Origin: Candidatus Poribacteria bacterium
GTDB taxonomy: Bacteria; Poribacteria; WGA-4E; PCPOR2b
Direction of reading: 5' to 3'
NCBI GenBank assembly: GCA_965198175.1
Contig: OZ240245.1
Location: 1,120,001-1,184,000, forward strand
DNA: 64,000 nucleotides
Shown here: positions 52,301-63,808 of the stretch, one piece after another
Layout: each line of letters begins with the position of its first letter
Numbering within the stretch: position 1 is the stretch's first letter
Translations under genes and position numbers: made by a program
The notes under the pieces: model-generated
What the model was told of the DNA's origin: nothing
Databases searched by the model: none
The model's input: only the letters and a program-made list of their open reading frames with translations

Positions 52301-55300
52301 GTTGCTATCAGTTGTGGTGCTTGTGGTACTCAGCGACACAGTTCCATCGTTGGGACTCACACTAAACGTCACTGCTAGCCCTACCACGGGTGGTGATTCG
52401 AAGATGGGACCAGTTAATCTCTCAACGGCTGCAAAACCGATCGTGAACTCGTCGCCGGGTTTTCCGGACAAATTATCTGAAAACGTAAATATGATTGGCG
52501 CTGACGGCGGGGGATTAACCGTTGCAGTACCGCTGGTAGATATGCTGCCAACCGTCGCAGTGATTGTGTATGAACCGGAGGCACTGTTTCCAAGTATCAC
52601 TGTAGTGGAAGCACGTCCATCACTCCCAGTTGTTGTGCTTGTAGTGCCCAGTGACGCGTTGCCATCGCCCGATATAATGCTAAACGTCACAGTTTTCCCT
52701 GACGCGGCGCTCCCGTCCTCCTGAACCTGAACTGAAAACGTCAACGAATCACCGGGATCGCCAGATCCGGGACCGCTTACCACACTTATCGATATTTCTG
52801 GCGGTGGTGGTGGGGTGTTAACCGTTGCAGTACCAGTCGTAGATTCACTGCCAACTGTCGCTGTGATTGTGTATGAACCGGACGCACTGTTCCCAAGTGT
52901 TAGAGTGATAGATGCCTGCCCGTTGCTACCGGTTGTCGCGCTTGCGGGATTCAGTGACGCGTTGCCATCGCCTGACGTAATACTAAACGTCACAGTTTTC
53001 CCTGACGCGGCGCTCCCGTCCTCCTGAACTTCAACAGTAAACGTCAATGTATCACCGGGATCGCCAGACCCCGGTCCACTTACCTCACTTATGGACAATT
53101 CCGGTGGCGGCGGGGGATTAACCGTTGCAGTTAAACTCTGAGATCGACCATCGTTGATCGTTGCTGTGACTGTGTAGGATCCGGAGGAACCGCTTCCAGT
53201 TCGTAGCATAGTCTGTGCTCGTCCGTTGCTATCAGTTGTGGTGCTTGTGGTACTCAGCGACACAGTTCCATCGTTGGGACTCACACTAAACGTCACTGCT
53301 AGCCCTACCACGGGTGGTGATTCGAAGATGGGACCAGTTAATCTCTCAACGGCTGCAAAACCGATCGTGAACTCGTCGCCGGGTTTTCCGGACAAATTAT
53401 CTGAAAACGTAAATATGATTGGCGCTGACGGCGGGGGATTAACCGTTGCAGTACCGCTGGTAGATATGCTGCCAACCGTCGCAGTGATTGTGTATGAACC
53501 GGAGGCACTGTTTCCAAGTATCACTGTAGTGGAAGCACGTCCATCACTCCCAGTTGTTGTGCTTGTAGTGCCCAGTGACGCGTTGCCATCGCCCGATATA
53601 ATGCTAAACGTCACAGTTTTCCCTGACGCGGCGCTCCCGTCCTCCTGAACCTGAACTGAAAACGTCAACGAATCACCGGGATCGCCAGATCCGGGACCGC
53701 TTACCACACTTATCGATATTTCTGGCGGTGGTGGTGGGGTGTTAACCGTTGCAGTACCAGTCGTAGATTCACTGCCAACTGTCGCTGTGATTGTGTATGA
53801 ACCGGACGCACTGTTCCCAAGTGTTAGAGTGATAGATGCCTGCCCGTTGCTACCGGTTGTCGCGCTTGCGGGATTCAGTGACGCGTTGCCATCGCCTGAC
53901 GTAATACTAAACGTCACAGTTTTCCCTGACGCGGCGCTCCCGTCCTCCTGAACTTCAACAGTAAACGTCAATGTATCACCGGGATCGCCAGACCCCGGTC
54001 CACTTACCTCACTTATGGACAATTCCGGTGGCGGCGGGGGATTAACCGTTGCAGTTAAACTCTGAGATCGACCATCGTTGATCGTTGCTGTGACTGTGTA
54101 GGATCCGGAGGAACCGCTTCCAGTTCGTAGCATAGTCTGTGCTCGTCCGTTGCTATCAGTTGTGGTGCTTGTGGTACTCAGCGACACAGTTCCATCGTTG
54201 GGACTCACACTAAACGTCACTGCTAGCCCTACCACGGGTGGTGATTCGAAGATGGGACCAGTTAATCTCTCAACGGCTGCAAAACCGATCGTGAACTCGT
54301 CGCCGGGTTTTCCGGACAAATTATCTGAAAACGTAAATATGATTGGCGCTGACGGCGGGGGATTAACCGTTGCAGTACCGCTGGTAGATATGCTGCCAAC
54401 CGTCGCAGTGATTGTGTATGAACCGGAGGCACTGTTTCCAAGTATCACTGTAGTGGAAGCACGTCCATCACTCCCAGTTGTTGTGCTTGTAGTGCCCAGT
54501 GACGCGTTGCCATCGCCCGATATAATGCTAAACGTCACAGTTTTCCCTGACGCGGCGCTCCCGTCCTCCTGAACCTGAACTGAAAACGTCAACGAATCAC
54601 CGGGATCGCCAGATCCGGGACCGCTTACCACACTTATCGATATTTCTGGCGGTGGTGGTGGGGTGTTAACCGTTGCAGTACCAGTCGTAGATTCACTGCC
54701 AACTGTCGCTGTGATTGTGTATGAACCGGACGCACTGTTCCCAAGTGTTAGAGTGATAGATGCCTGCCCGTTGCTACCGGTTGTCGCGCTTGCGGGATTC
54801 AGTGACGCGTTGCCATCGCCTGACGTAATACTAAACGTCACAGTTTTCCCTGACGCGGCGCTCCCGTCCTCCTGAACTTCAACAGTAAACGTCAATGCAT
54901 CACCGGGATCGCCAGATCCGGGACCGCTTACCACACTTATCGATATTTCTGGCGGTGGTGGTGGGGTGTTAACCGTTGCAGTACCAGTCGTAGATTCACT
55001 GCCAACTGTCGCTGTGATTGTGTATGAACCGGACGCACTGTTCCCAAGTGTTAGAGTGGTAGATGCCTGCCCGTTGCTACCGGTTGTCGCGCTTGCGGGA
55101 TTCAGTGACGCGTTGCCATCGCCTGACGTAATACTAAACGTCACAGTTTTCCCTGACGCGGCGCTCCCGTCCTCCTGAACTTCAACAGTAAACGTCAATG
55201 CATCACCGGGATCGCCAGATCCGGGACCGCTTACCACACTTATCGATATTTCTGGCGGTGTGGTACCAGGGATTCACTGTTAACCGTCCTGCTGTACTTC

Positions 55301-56274
55301 AGTCAGTAAACGTCAATGCATCACCGGTGATTGTGTATGAACCGGACGCACTGTTCCCAAGTGTTAGAGTGATAGATGCCTGCCCGTTGCTACCGGTTGT
55401 CGCGCTTGCGGGATTCAGTGACGCGTTGCCATCGCCTGACGTAATACTAAACGTCACAGTTTTCCCTGACGCGGCGCTCCCGTCCTCCTGAACTTCAACA
55501 GTAAACGTCAATGCATCACCGGGATCGCCTCGCGATTGTGTATGAACCGGACGCACCGCTTACCACACTTATCGATATTTCTGGCGGTGGTGGTGGGGTG
55601 TTAACCGTTGCAGTACCAGTCGTAGATTCACTGCCAACTGTCGCTGTGATTGTGTATGAACCGGACGCACTGTTCCCAAGTGTTAGAGTGGTAGATGCCT
55701 GCCCGTTGCTACCGGTTGTCGCGCTTGCGGGATTCAGTGACGCGTTGCCATCGCCTGACGTAATACTAAACGTCACAGTTTTCCCTGACGCGGCGCTCCC
55801 GTCCTCCTGAACTTCAACAGTAAACGTCAATGCATCACCGGGATCGCCAGACCCAGGACCACTTACCACACTTATTGATAATTCTGGCGGTGAGTTCTCA
55901 ACTGTTGCAGTTAAACTCTGAGATCGACCATCGTTGATCGACGCTGTGACTGTGTAGGAGCCGGAGGAATCGCTCCCCGTCCGCAACGTCGTACTTGCCC
56001 GTCCGTTGCTATCAGTTGTGGTGCTTGTGGTACTCAGCGACACAGTTCCATCGGCTGGACTCACACTAAACGTCACTGCTAGCCCTACCACGGGTGGCGA
56101 TTCGAAGATGGGACCGGTTAATTTCTCAACGGCTCCAAAACCAATCGTAAACTCGTCACCGGGTTTGCCGGACAAATTATCTGAAAACGTAAATATGATT
56201 TGTGCTGACGCATCCAATGGCATCAAGCCAGAAATCAAACACAACAATACGAAACCAAGCAGTTGTATTTTCAT
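49362..56274 (-). CDS. Giant secreted protein with tandem Big_1-like Ig domains and a C-terminal FlgD-Ig/secretion-tail-like domain; frameshifted in this sequence
   Basis: Signal peptide at 56274, repeated TTDSNGRA/TTGSNGQA Ig units with PPPP linkers, LPNYPNPFNPETWIPY tail. Frame breaks at about 55240-55560 and 49461. Confidence 0.8.
51105..54900. repeat. About four near-identical 924-bp tandem repeats (308 aa, three Ig domains each)
   Basis: Identical shadow ORFs start at 51378, 52302, 53226 and 54150 (period 924). Confidence 0.92.
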
Positions 56275-56645
56275 GGCTTTAACTCTCCTTTTATTCGTAT
56301 GATGATAAGTTCAGAATCAGTCGTAAAGGGTCTAATATGTGGCAGAATGGAATAGCAGGAACAGATTCCCGGCTCATAAGCGCCTGACACCTGCTATATG
56401 ACTGCATTTCACACTTACAATGATCCCATATTGTTCAAATAATGTCAAGCAAAAACGTACTTTTTTGACACTCCGTTTATTGTCATTATCAGTTAAAATT
56501 TGCAGTTGATTAAGTATTTAGAGCCTGCTTGGAAAATCCGACTCCATCGTTGTCGTCCAAAAGCTCTTTCTGGGTAATCGCTAGACACCTCTATCCAAAT
56601 GCCCCCTTCATCTATCCATGATTTCAAGCTCTCTTTCTCTTAGCT

Positions 56646-58652
56646 TTAGAATTTGATTGACAATTCACCTAAGAACTGTTTTCTCTGATTTCGTGTGGCG
56701 AAGACTTCGTAGAGATCTCCTGAGACATCAAAGTAGCGGCGAGTATAATTGCGGCTTATATCAGCGGGATTGAGATCCGAGTATTCAAGCCACAGATTCA
56801 TCTTTGACAAGATATCCCAATTTAGTCCGACAGCTAATGAACCGGCATCGCCCTCATCTTCCTGACGTTGCCGATTCAGGTCTTGGTAGATTGCGTTTCT
56901 GCCGAGTTCTGTTGTGCCGTCAACCCGTTCGGCATATAGATTCAGTTCCCGGTACCGGTAGGGATTCGGATTTGTGATAAACTTCAGGTTAGCAGCGAAA
57001 GCATTGGTTAACGCCTTCGTATCCAGGTCATAACTATCCTCGCGTTTGGGAGGGGTCATGTAACGTTCGTCTTGCTCCCCGTAGCTGAGGGTGTCGACCA
57101 GCATCAGATTCCACCGTTCCGAGAGCGCATAAGTCCAGAAAAAGGTGTTATCCATTCGCAACTGATTGAACTGATCCACGACATCCGCATGTTCGTCGAT
57201 ATCTTCGTAGTCTTCGAGAAACTCACTGTCGATGTTGCTTGTTCTGGTGTTGTATAGCGCGTTCATGTGCGATGGCTTAATCGTGAACCCGGTGATAGCG
57301 TATTGATGGATAGTCAAATCGCTCTCGTCGCGGAGGTAGATGCGACCCAAGGAATCCAAAGCGAGGAAGGCGACATCGCGATCTGTCTCACTTTGCTTAT
57401 CGACCTCATAGATTACGCGGTCTTTGTATCTACCACTGCTGTCAAATTTCTGGACTCTCGCGATGACGTTGTGATAGATAGTTGCTCGAACTGCTGCCGC
57501 TTTGAGATCCTCATCCTCCTCTTTTTTGTTCTCATCTTTGTCGTCTTCTTCATCGAAATATTCGCTGAAATACCGCCTGTATTCCGCCTCCTCCAGAAGA
57601 CGGATTCGCCGCTGTAAAATATCCAAATCGCTTTGACCCGGGATGTTTTGACCAAGTATGGTAGGTCTATTCCGAGCGGTCTCCAAAACGGTGTCGGCAA
57701 TTCCAATGCCTGAAGGAGAGATTAAGGTCAACAGACCACCGGCTGGCAAACCACCCAGATGACGCTTAAATTGGCTGGCATCCTTGACAAGAATTTCGCC
57801 GGACCCCAATGCGGCGATTGCAATGGGTTTGGTGAATTCACCGCCGCTGCGCCCTTTTGTACCAAAGCTCAACACAAATTGCCCTTCTGGGTTAAACTTG
57901 ACCACGCGGTGGTTGCCGGTATCTGCAATCAACACATTCCCTTCGCTATCGATCTCAATGTCTGAGGCGTCGCTGTCGAGTTCACCGTTACCGGCGCCGT
58001 AACGTGCGAACGCCGTTAATTTCTCTCCGTCAGCGCCAAACTTATGGACCGTCGATTTCTTCTGATCCAGCACGTAGAGTTGGTTCTGGCGATTGACATC
58101 GACAAGCAATTTACGATCATGCAATTTTGGCTGGATGCCAAAGGCGGATTTGCCTTCTTCATCAATCATTAGGTGCGCGGGTAAAACCTGCTTTGGGCGT
58201 ACATCAACAGGGTCAACGAAATAGGTGTGCATCAACTCACCGCTTGGGCTGAGCTTGTAGACACACGGCGCAAATATGTAGATTTTGGGATTGTCTGTTT
58301 CCTTGATGTGGTGCGCTGTGCTATCAGCGACGTAGATGTTACCATCTCCATCTACTGCGATGTCGCCCGGCTTTTTCAGAATATTTTCCAGTGACTTGGG
58401 ATCCTTAGGGATTTGCATCAAAAACTCGCCTTTCGATGACAGTTGCTGTACCAGCCTGTTATCAGCATCACTCACATGGATGTTTCCTTCAGCGTCGAAT
58501 GCGATATTGACGTTTTTGCTGAATGCTCCGTTTGTGCTTCCTTTTCCACCGAACTCACGCTCAAATTTCAGAAAACTGACCCCAAATGCAAGTCCGGTTC
58601 CCCATGCGAGAATCACACAAGCAATGGTCAAAAGGGCAATTGGTACTTTCAT
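56646..58652 (-). CDS. Secreted NHL-repeat protein with C-terminal putative beta-barrel (paralog of 15646-17469)
   Basis: Signal peptide, FEREFGGKG, NHL repeats (IADTGNHRVVKFNPEG), NPNPYRYRE, terminal GELSIKF. Confidence 0.75.
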   Translation of the reverse strand: MKVPIALLTIACVILAWGTGLAFGVSFLKFEREFGGKGSTNGAFSKNVNIAFDAEGNIHVSDADNRLVQQLSSKGEFLMQIPKDPKSLENILKKPGDIAVDGDGNIYVADSTAHHIKETDNPKIYIFAPCVYKLSPSGELMHTYFVDPVDVRPKQVLPAHLMIDEEGKSAFGIQPKLHDRKLLVDVNRQNQLYVLDQKKSTVHKFGADGEKLTAFARYGAGNGELDSDASDIEIDSEGNVLIADTGNHRVVKFNPEGQFVLSFGTKGRSGGEFTKPIAIAALGSGEILVKDASQFKRHLGGLPAGGLLTLISPSGIGIADTVLETARNRPTILGQNIPGQSDLDILQRRIRLLEEAEYRRYFSEYFDEEDDKDENKKEEDEDLKAAAVRATIYHNVIARVQKFDSSGRYKDRVIYEVDKQSETDRDVAFLALDSLGRIYLRDESDLTIHQYAITGFTIKPSHMNALYNTRTSNIDSEFLEDYEDIDEHADVVDQFNQLRMDNTFFWTYALSERWNLMLVDTLSYGEQDERYMTPPKREDSYDLDTKALTNAFAANLKFITNPNPYRYRELNLYAERVDGTTELGRNAIYQDLNRQRQEDEGDAGSLAVGLNWDILSKMNLWLEYSDLNPADISRNYTRRYFDVSGDLYEVFATRNQRKQFLGELSIKF

Positions 58653-58892
58653 AGCTTCAATTCTCCTCATTTTTTCTTGGCTTTGACGCGCCTCTCCCGA
58701 TTTGTTACCCTCATCTTAGCACGAGCTGACCAAAAAATCAAGCTCGTTAAGATGGTTCTAGTTCTTACTGTTCGGGAAGCGGATGGTTTGCAATAAAGTG
58801 CTTGCCTTTCCATTGTAAAATGAGTTATGTTTCGGGTTTGGGTTCATTCACAGAGGGATTGCCAAACACGGGTGTTGAGCTGTAGGAAGTTA

Positions 58893-59215
58893 GCGAGCGA
58901 TAGTTACTGCAACCAAAATTACAAATATTAATCCGATCAAAAAGGGGTTTCAACCCCCAAAACTAGTGAAGACTATCGCACTTGCTATTCGCTCGCTTGA
59001 TCACTCCGCTGGAGTGCAAGACATTATTGCCTATGTGTGGGTAATGCGGTTAGAAGGATTTCGCTCCAGCGGAGCGGTATGTTGCTTTCGATATGGTGAA
59101 ACACATTGACGTGAACGGAAAGAATTTCATTGACAACATCATAAAATCTTGTTAAGATAAGATCTATCAATCAGCAGTGCAACCCCCCTATCCCCCCTTG
59201 TCAAGCGGGAAAGCC
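58893..59215. repeat. Intergenic REP-like cluster sharing elements with 40917-41161 and 42600-42640
   Basis: TGCAAC...AATCCGAT...GGGG..CAACCCCC block, 35-bp unit at 58967-59002, CGCTCCAGCGGAGCGGTATG, CCCCCCTTGTCAAGCGGG hairpin. Confidence 0.65.
59130..59158 (+). promoter_or_regulatory. sigma70-like promoter of the sdh cluster
   Basis: TTGACA-17bp-TAAGAT with extended TG. Confidence 0.65.
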
Positions 59216-59263
59216 GTTTCACTGCATTTGAGATAGAATAAGAAAGGAAACCGAGGGAGATTT

Positions 59264-60967
59264 ATGATTGAACACGAAGTGCTTGTTATTGGCGGCGGTT
59301 TGGCGGGAATGAGCGCCGCGTTGCATGCGAGGCAGGCTGGCGCAGACGTAGCGATGATGTCTAAAGTTTACCCAACACGCTCGCACTCGGCTGCAGCGCA
59401 GGGCGGCATCAACGCGGCACTTGGTGTTGCAGACTCGTGGGAGGTTCACGCCTACGAAACCGTCAAGGGCAGCGACTTCTTAGGCGATCAGGACGCCATT
59501 GAAATTCTGTGTAGCGAAGGTATTCAGGATATATTCACCCTTGAACATTACGGGGTCATCTTTGACCGCGACGAGGAAGGGCGCATCCACATGCGCGGGT
59601 TTGGCGGTACGGACAAGAGCCGTACTTGTCACGTCGGCGATATGACCGGGCAGACTATTCTGCACGTCATGTATGAACAACTGCTTCGGATGGATGTCAA
59701 ATCCTATGATGAGTGGTTTGTGACCACGCTGCTCATGGAAGATGGTGCGTGCTGCGGCGCAGTGGCGATGGAAATCGTTAGCGGGAAACTGGAGGTCTTT
59801 AAAGCAAAAGCGGTTATCCTGTGCACAGGTGGATGCGGCCGTGTTTATGAGCCGAGTACCAATGGGCTCATCGTGACAGGCGACGGGCTAGCTTTAGCTT
59901 ACCGGGTCGGCGCGCTAATCATGGATATGGAGATGGTTCAATATCACCCGACAACTCTGCCTGCCAACGGCTTTCTCATCACCGAGGGCGCGCGTGGGGA
60001 GGGCGCGTATCTACTGAACGCCGACGGCGATCGATTTATGCAGGATCCGGAATATCAAGCAACAACGCTGGTGGAGAAAGCTTCACGCGATGTTGTTTCA
60101 CGCGCGGAAACAATTGAAATCCAAGAAGGACGCGGGGTGGACGGCTGTGTGCTACTGGATTGCCGACATATCAAGGACCGCATCTTGGAGGCATTCCATC
60201 AGATTTACGAACTAGCACAGGATTACGCTGACGTCGATATCACGCGAGAGCCGCTGCCCATTCGACCGGGAATGCACTACATTATGGGCGGCATTAAGAC
60301 CGACGTGGACGGGCGATGTTATCGACACAATGGCGATGGCGCAGAGGCGCTACCGGGATTGTATGCTGCCGGTGAAGCAGCCTGTGTTTCGGCGCACGGC
60401 GCGAATCGGTTGGGCGGCAACAGCCTGCTAGATTGCGTCGCATTCGGGCGGCGAGCCGGGGCACATGCGGCGGAATACGCAAAGAGCATTAATCCTGCAA
60501 ATGTGTCAGAACAGGTTGTGCAGATTGAAGAGCAGAAAATTGTTGACGTCTTTGCCCGTTCAACGAACCTGCGGGCGCCAGCGTTAAGGCTAGAGATGGG
60601 CGAGATTATGCATCAGTTCACCGGCGTGTTTCGCGACGAAGAGGGTTTGCTTGAAGCGCAACGCCGAATCCGTCAAGTTCGTGATCGTTACGCCGAAGTC
60701 TCCGTCCACGACAAAGGGCGTGTGTTCAATACCGATTTGTTAGGGGTCTTAGAGTTAGATTACATGCTCGACTGCGCAGAAACAATCATCGTTAGTGCGC
60801 TTGCCCGCAAGGAGAGCCGCGGCGCTCATACGCGGACAGACTTTCCTGAACGTGATGATGAAAACTGGATTAAACACGTGGTTGTGTACGAAACACCCGA
60901 CGGTCCCGCAATTGATTATTTGCCAGTGACGATTACCCAATGGCAGCCGGAGACGCGGAAGTATTAA
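59264..60967 (+). CDS. sdhA: Succinate dehydrogenase/fumarate reductase flavoprotein subunit
   Basis: GGGLAG, RSHSAAAQGGIN, QYHPT, TEGARGEG, HYIMGG, HGANRLGGNSL, ESRGAH. Confidence 0.95.
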   Translation: MIEHEVLVIGGGLAGMSAALHARQAGADVAMMSKVYPTRSHSAAAQGGINAALGVADSWEVHAYETVKGSDFLGDQDAIEILCSEGIQDIFTLEHYGVIFDRDEEGRIHMRGFGGTDKSRTCHVGDMTGQTILHVMYEQLLRMDVKSYDEWFVTTLLMEDGACCGAVAMEIVSGKLEVFKAKAVILCTGGCGRVYEPSTNGLIVTGDGLALAYRVGALIMDMEMVQYHPTTLPANGFLITEGARGEGAYLLNADGDRFMQDPEYQATTLVEKASRDVVSRAETIEIQEGRGVDGCVLLDCRHIKDRILEAFHQIYELAQDYADVDITREPLPIRPGMHYIMGGIKTDVDGRCYRHNGDGAEALPGLYAAGEAACVSAHGANRLGGNSLLDCVAFGRRAGAHAAEYAKSINPANVSEQVVQIEEQKIVDVFARSTNLRAPALRLEMGEIMHQFTGVFRDEEGLLEAQRRIRQVRDRYAEVSVHDKGRVFNTDLLGVLELDYMLDCAETIIVSALARKESRGAHTRTDFPERDDENWIKHVVVYETPDGPAIDYLPVTITQWQPETRKY

Positions 60968-61072
60968 GGACTGATACAAGATTACAGTGCCGAGTGACTA
61001 GTGGTCAGTTAAAAGCACTTGTCTTAACTAGCGACTCGCCACTAGCTACTTGTGTTCCTAAGGAGATGATGA

Positions 61073-62038
61073 ATGATACAAGCGAATCTAAAAGTCTACC
61101 GTTACGATCCGCAAAAGGACCAAGAACCGCATTATGACACCTATCAAGTGGACGGTTTACCCGACTTTTCCACGGTATTAGACGCACTCATCAAGGTGCG
61201 TGAGGAGATAGATGGCACATTGGCGATGCGATGTTCGTGCCGCAGCGCTGTCTGCGGTTCGTGCGCCTTCCGGGTAAATGGACACGCAAAGTTGGGGTGT
61301 AAAACTGCGCTCTCGAAGCTTGCCCCTAACGGTGAAGAGGTTTGTGTGGAGCCGATGGGCAATATGAAGGTAGTCAAAGATCTCGTGACCGATATGGAAA
61401 TGTTCTGGGATAAGATACGGCAGGTCAATCCGTGGATTGAGACGGCGGGCGAACCGCCCGAACGTGAGTATCAGGTTCCACACAGCAAGATGGTCGAACT
61501 ACAGCAACCGATGAACTGCATTATGTGCGGTGCGTGTGTGAGTGATTGCACCGTGCTGGAAGAGACCTCAAAATTCTTGGCACCTGCAGCGCTAGCGAAG
61601 GCGTACCGTGTCGTTGGCGATCCGCGTCACGCGAAAACCCGTGAGTGGCTAACGGATTTGAGCGAGGAGGGAGGTATATGGGATTGTACACGATGTGTGG
61701 AGTGTGTGCAGGTCTGTCCGAAGAGCGTTGCGCCGATGGATCTGATTGTCAAACTACGCGAATTGGCGATTGATGCAGGCTTAACCAACAACGTGGGCGC
61801 GAAGCACGTCCTGCACTTTACCGAAAGCGTAGCGCACAGCGGGGTGCTTGATGAACGCACCTTGCCGATTAAAGCAGCGGGAATCGGTTGGGCTTTTCGG
61901 AACGCAGGAATCGCAATCAAAGCAACCCTGAAGGGAAAAATTAAACCCCTCTTGCCTGGCACCCACCCATCGGTGACGGAGGTCCAAGATGTCCGCCGCA
62001 TCCATGAGGAGTTAGAAGCGAAGAAGGGGACAGAGTAG
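61073..62038 (+). CDS. sdhB: Succinate dehydrogenase iron-sulfur subunit with C-terminal extension
   Basis: SCRSAVCGSC, CIMCGACVSDC, CTRCVECVQVCP (3+1 Cys, second 4Fe-4S type). Confidence 0.92.
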   Translation: MIQANLKVYRYDPQKDQEPHYDTYQVDGLPDFSTVLDALIKVREEIDGTLAMRCSCRSAVCGSCAFRVNGHAKLGCKTALSKLAPNGEEVCVEPMGNMKVVKDLVTDMEMFWDKIRQVNPWIETAGEPPEREYQVPHSKMVELQQPMNCIMCGACVSDCTVLEETSKFLAPAALAKAYRVVGDPRHAKTREWLTDLSEEGGIWDCTRCVECVQVCPKSVAPMDLIVKLRELAIDAGLTNNVGAKHVLHFTESVAHSGVLDERTLPIKAAGIGWAFRNAGIAIKATLKGKIKPLLPGTHPSVTEVQDVRRIHEELEAKKGTE

Positions 62039-62169
62039 GGACCCCGCAGGGGAATGCTCTCCTTTTGGGCGAAGCGCGCTATAACCATACCTGCTGAATT
62101 TCTTCGCTACATTCAAAATGTTAGTTGATGAAACAATATTGATTGTGAACTGTGAATTAGTTTAAAGTT

Positions 62170-62886
62170 ATGTCTCGATTTTCTTCTATTGTTTGGTCCT
62201 CGGTTGGGAAAAAATTTCTAACAGGTATAACAGGTTTAGTATTATGTGTGTTCATTCTTGAACATTTGTCGGGCAACCTCTTACTCCTTTACAACGATTC
62301 CGAACCTTTTAATCGTTACGCGCATTGGTTACACAGCGTCGGTGAACTCCTCATAGTTATTGAGCTTGGATTCGTCGCAATTTTCGTGATCCATATCATC
62401 ATGGGGATATCGGTCGCAGTTCGCAAAACGGAGGCTCGCCCACGTGCGATGCGCTATTTCAAAACCGCTCGGGCAGGACACCCTAGCCGAAAGTCTCTGA
62501 GTTCTGTGAGCATGATTCTTACAGGATTGGTTTTATTGGTCTTTGTAATCATTCACCTCAAAATGTTCAAGTTTGGTCCTGGCGTGGAAGCAGCGTATGT
62601 TGACGCACACCTCACAGAAGTTCATGGGGAAAAGGTTAGGGATTTATACAAATTGGTGGAAGAGGAGTTCAGTAACATTTGGACCGTCATCGGATACGTT
62701 GCGGTGATGCTGCTGCTTGGCTTGCACCTTAGACACGGATTCTGGAGCGCCTTTCAATCCCTCGGCATCGGTTACCCACGCTACACACCATTTATCTACT
62801 CAGTAGGAATCGTATTTGCTGTCGTCATGGCGGTGGGATTTTTATTGCTTCCGATTCTGATCTATTTTAGGGGAGTTGCGTCTTGA
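62170..62886 (+). CDS. sdhC: Succinate dehydrogenase cytochrome b558 subunit (5-TM type)
   Basis: SSVGKKFLTGITG, EHLSGN, IHIIMG, IIHL, HLRHGFWSAFQSLG. Confidence 0.88.
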   Translation: MSRFSSIVWSSVGKKFLTGITGLVLCVFILEHLSGNLLLLYNDSEPFNRYAHWLHSVGELLIVIELGFVAIFVIHIIMGISVAVRKTEARPRAMRYFKTARAGHPSRKSLSSVSMILTGLVLLVFVIIHLKMFKFGPGVEAAYVDAHLTEVHGEKVRDLYKLVEEEFSNIWTVIGYVAVMLLLGLHLRHGFWSAFQSLGIGYPRYTPFIYSVGIVFAVVMAVGFLLLPILIYFRGVAS

Positions 62887-62929
62887 GAAACCGCGAGCAC
62901 CCCAATTTCGCACTTAATATACATTACAA

Positions 62930-63679
62930 ATGGGAAAAATGACGTTAAATTTGCTCATATGGCGACAGAAAGATGCGGTCAGTCCGGGTAAGATGGTAGC
63001 TTACACAATCAGTGATGCTTCACCCGATATGTCTTTTCTTGAAATGCTTGATGTGCTGAATGAAGATCTCATGAAAAAGGGCGAGGATGCAATTGAATTT
63101 GACAACGACTGCCGCGAGGGAATTTGCGGTATGTGCGGCTTCGTGATTAATGGGGTAGCTCATGGCCCGAGACGTGCAACTGCCGCCTGCCAAGTTCACA
63201 TGCGTGAATTCAAAGATGGCGATACCATTACTGTCGAACCGTGGCGTGCGAAGGCATTTCCGGTAATAAAAGATTTGGTTGTGGATCGCAGCGCGTTCGA
63301 TCGAATCATGGTGGCTGGGGGCTATATCTCTGTAAACGTTGGCGAGGCGCCCGACGCAAACACACTGCCGATACCTAAAGATAATGCAGATCAGGCAATG
63401 GATGCAGCTGCGTGTATTGGTTGCGGGGCTTGCGTCGCAGCGTGTCCGAATGCCTCAGCTTCATTGTTCGTTGGGGCGAAGATTGCACAATTCGCATTGT
63501 TATCGCAGGGGCAACCTGAGAGAAAGCGGCGGGCGCTAAATATGGTCGAGCAGATGGACAAAGAGGGCTTCGGTGACTGCTCGAACCATGGCGAATGCGA
63601 GGCGGTATGCCCTAAGGAGATTCCCATTTCTAACATTGCTTTAATGAGAAGAGAATACCTCAGAGCCATCTTCAGCTAG
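62930..63679 (+). CDS. sdhB: Second succinate dehydrogenase iron-sulfur subunit (Bacteroidota/actinobacterial-like type)
   Basis: [53 protein letters not shown]. Confidence 0.92.
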   Translation: MGKMTLNLLIWRQKDAVSPGKMVAYTISDASPDMSFLEMLDVLNEDLMKKGEDAIEFDNDCREGICGMCGFVINGVAHGPRRATAACQVHMREFKDGDTITVEPWRAKAFPVIKDLVVDRSAFDRIMVAGGYISVNVGEAPDANTLPIPKDNADQAMDAAACIGCGACVAACPNASASLFVGAKIAQFALLSQGQPERKRRALNMVEQMDKEGFGDCSNHGECEAVCPKEIPISNIALMRREYLRAIFS

Positions 63680-63808
63680 TGTTTTACCCTATTAAGTGAA
63701 TCGAGCTTGGACATCTCCAAACCCTCGCTAAGTTTAAGAACCAGTGCGCTAGAGAGAATGGACCATGCACAAAATGATGACAATTCACAATTGATACAGG
63801 AGGCGTTA

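Noticed and set aside
55240..55560. Programmed frameshift or shufflon in the giant protein
   Set aside because: Patchwork of short fragments of the repeat unit with no recombinase or inverted sites; more consistent with an assembly artefact.
51378..56302. Repeated plus-strand ORFs (140, 70, 97-99 aa)
   Set aside because: Antisense shadows of the Ig-repeat gene.
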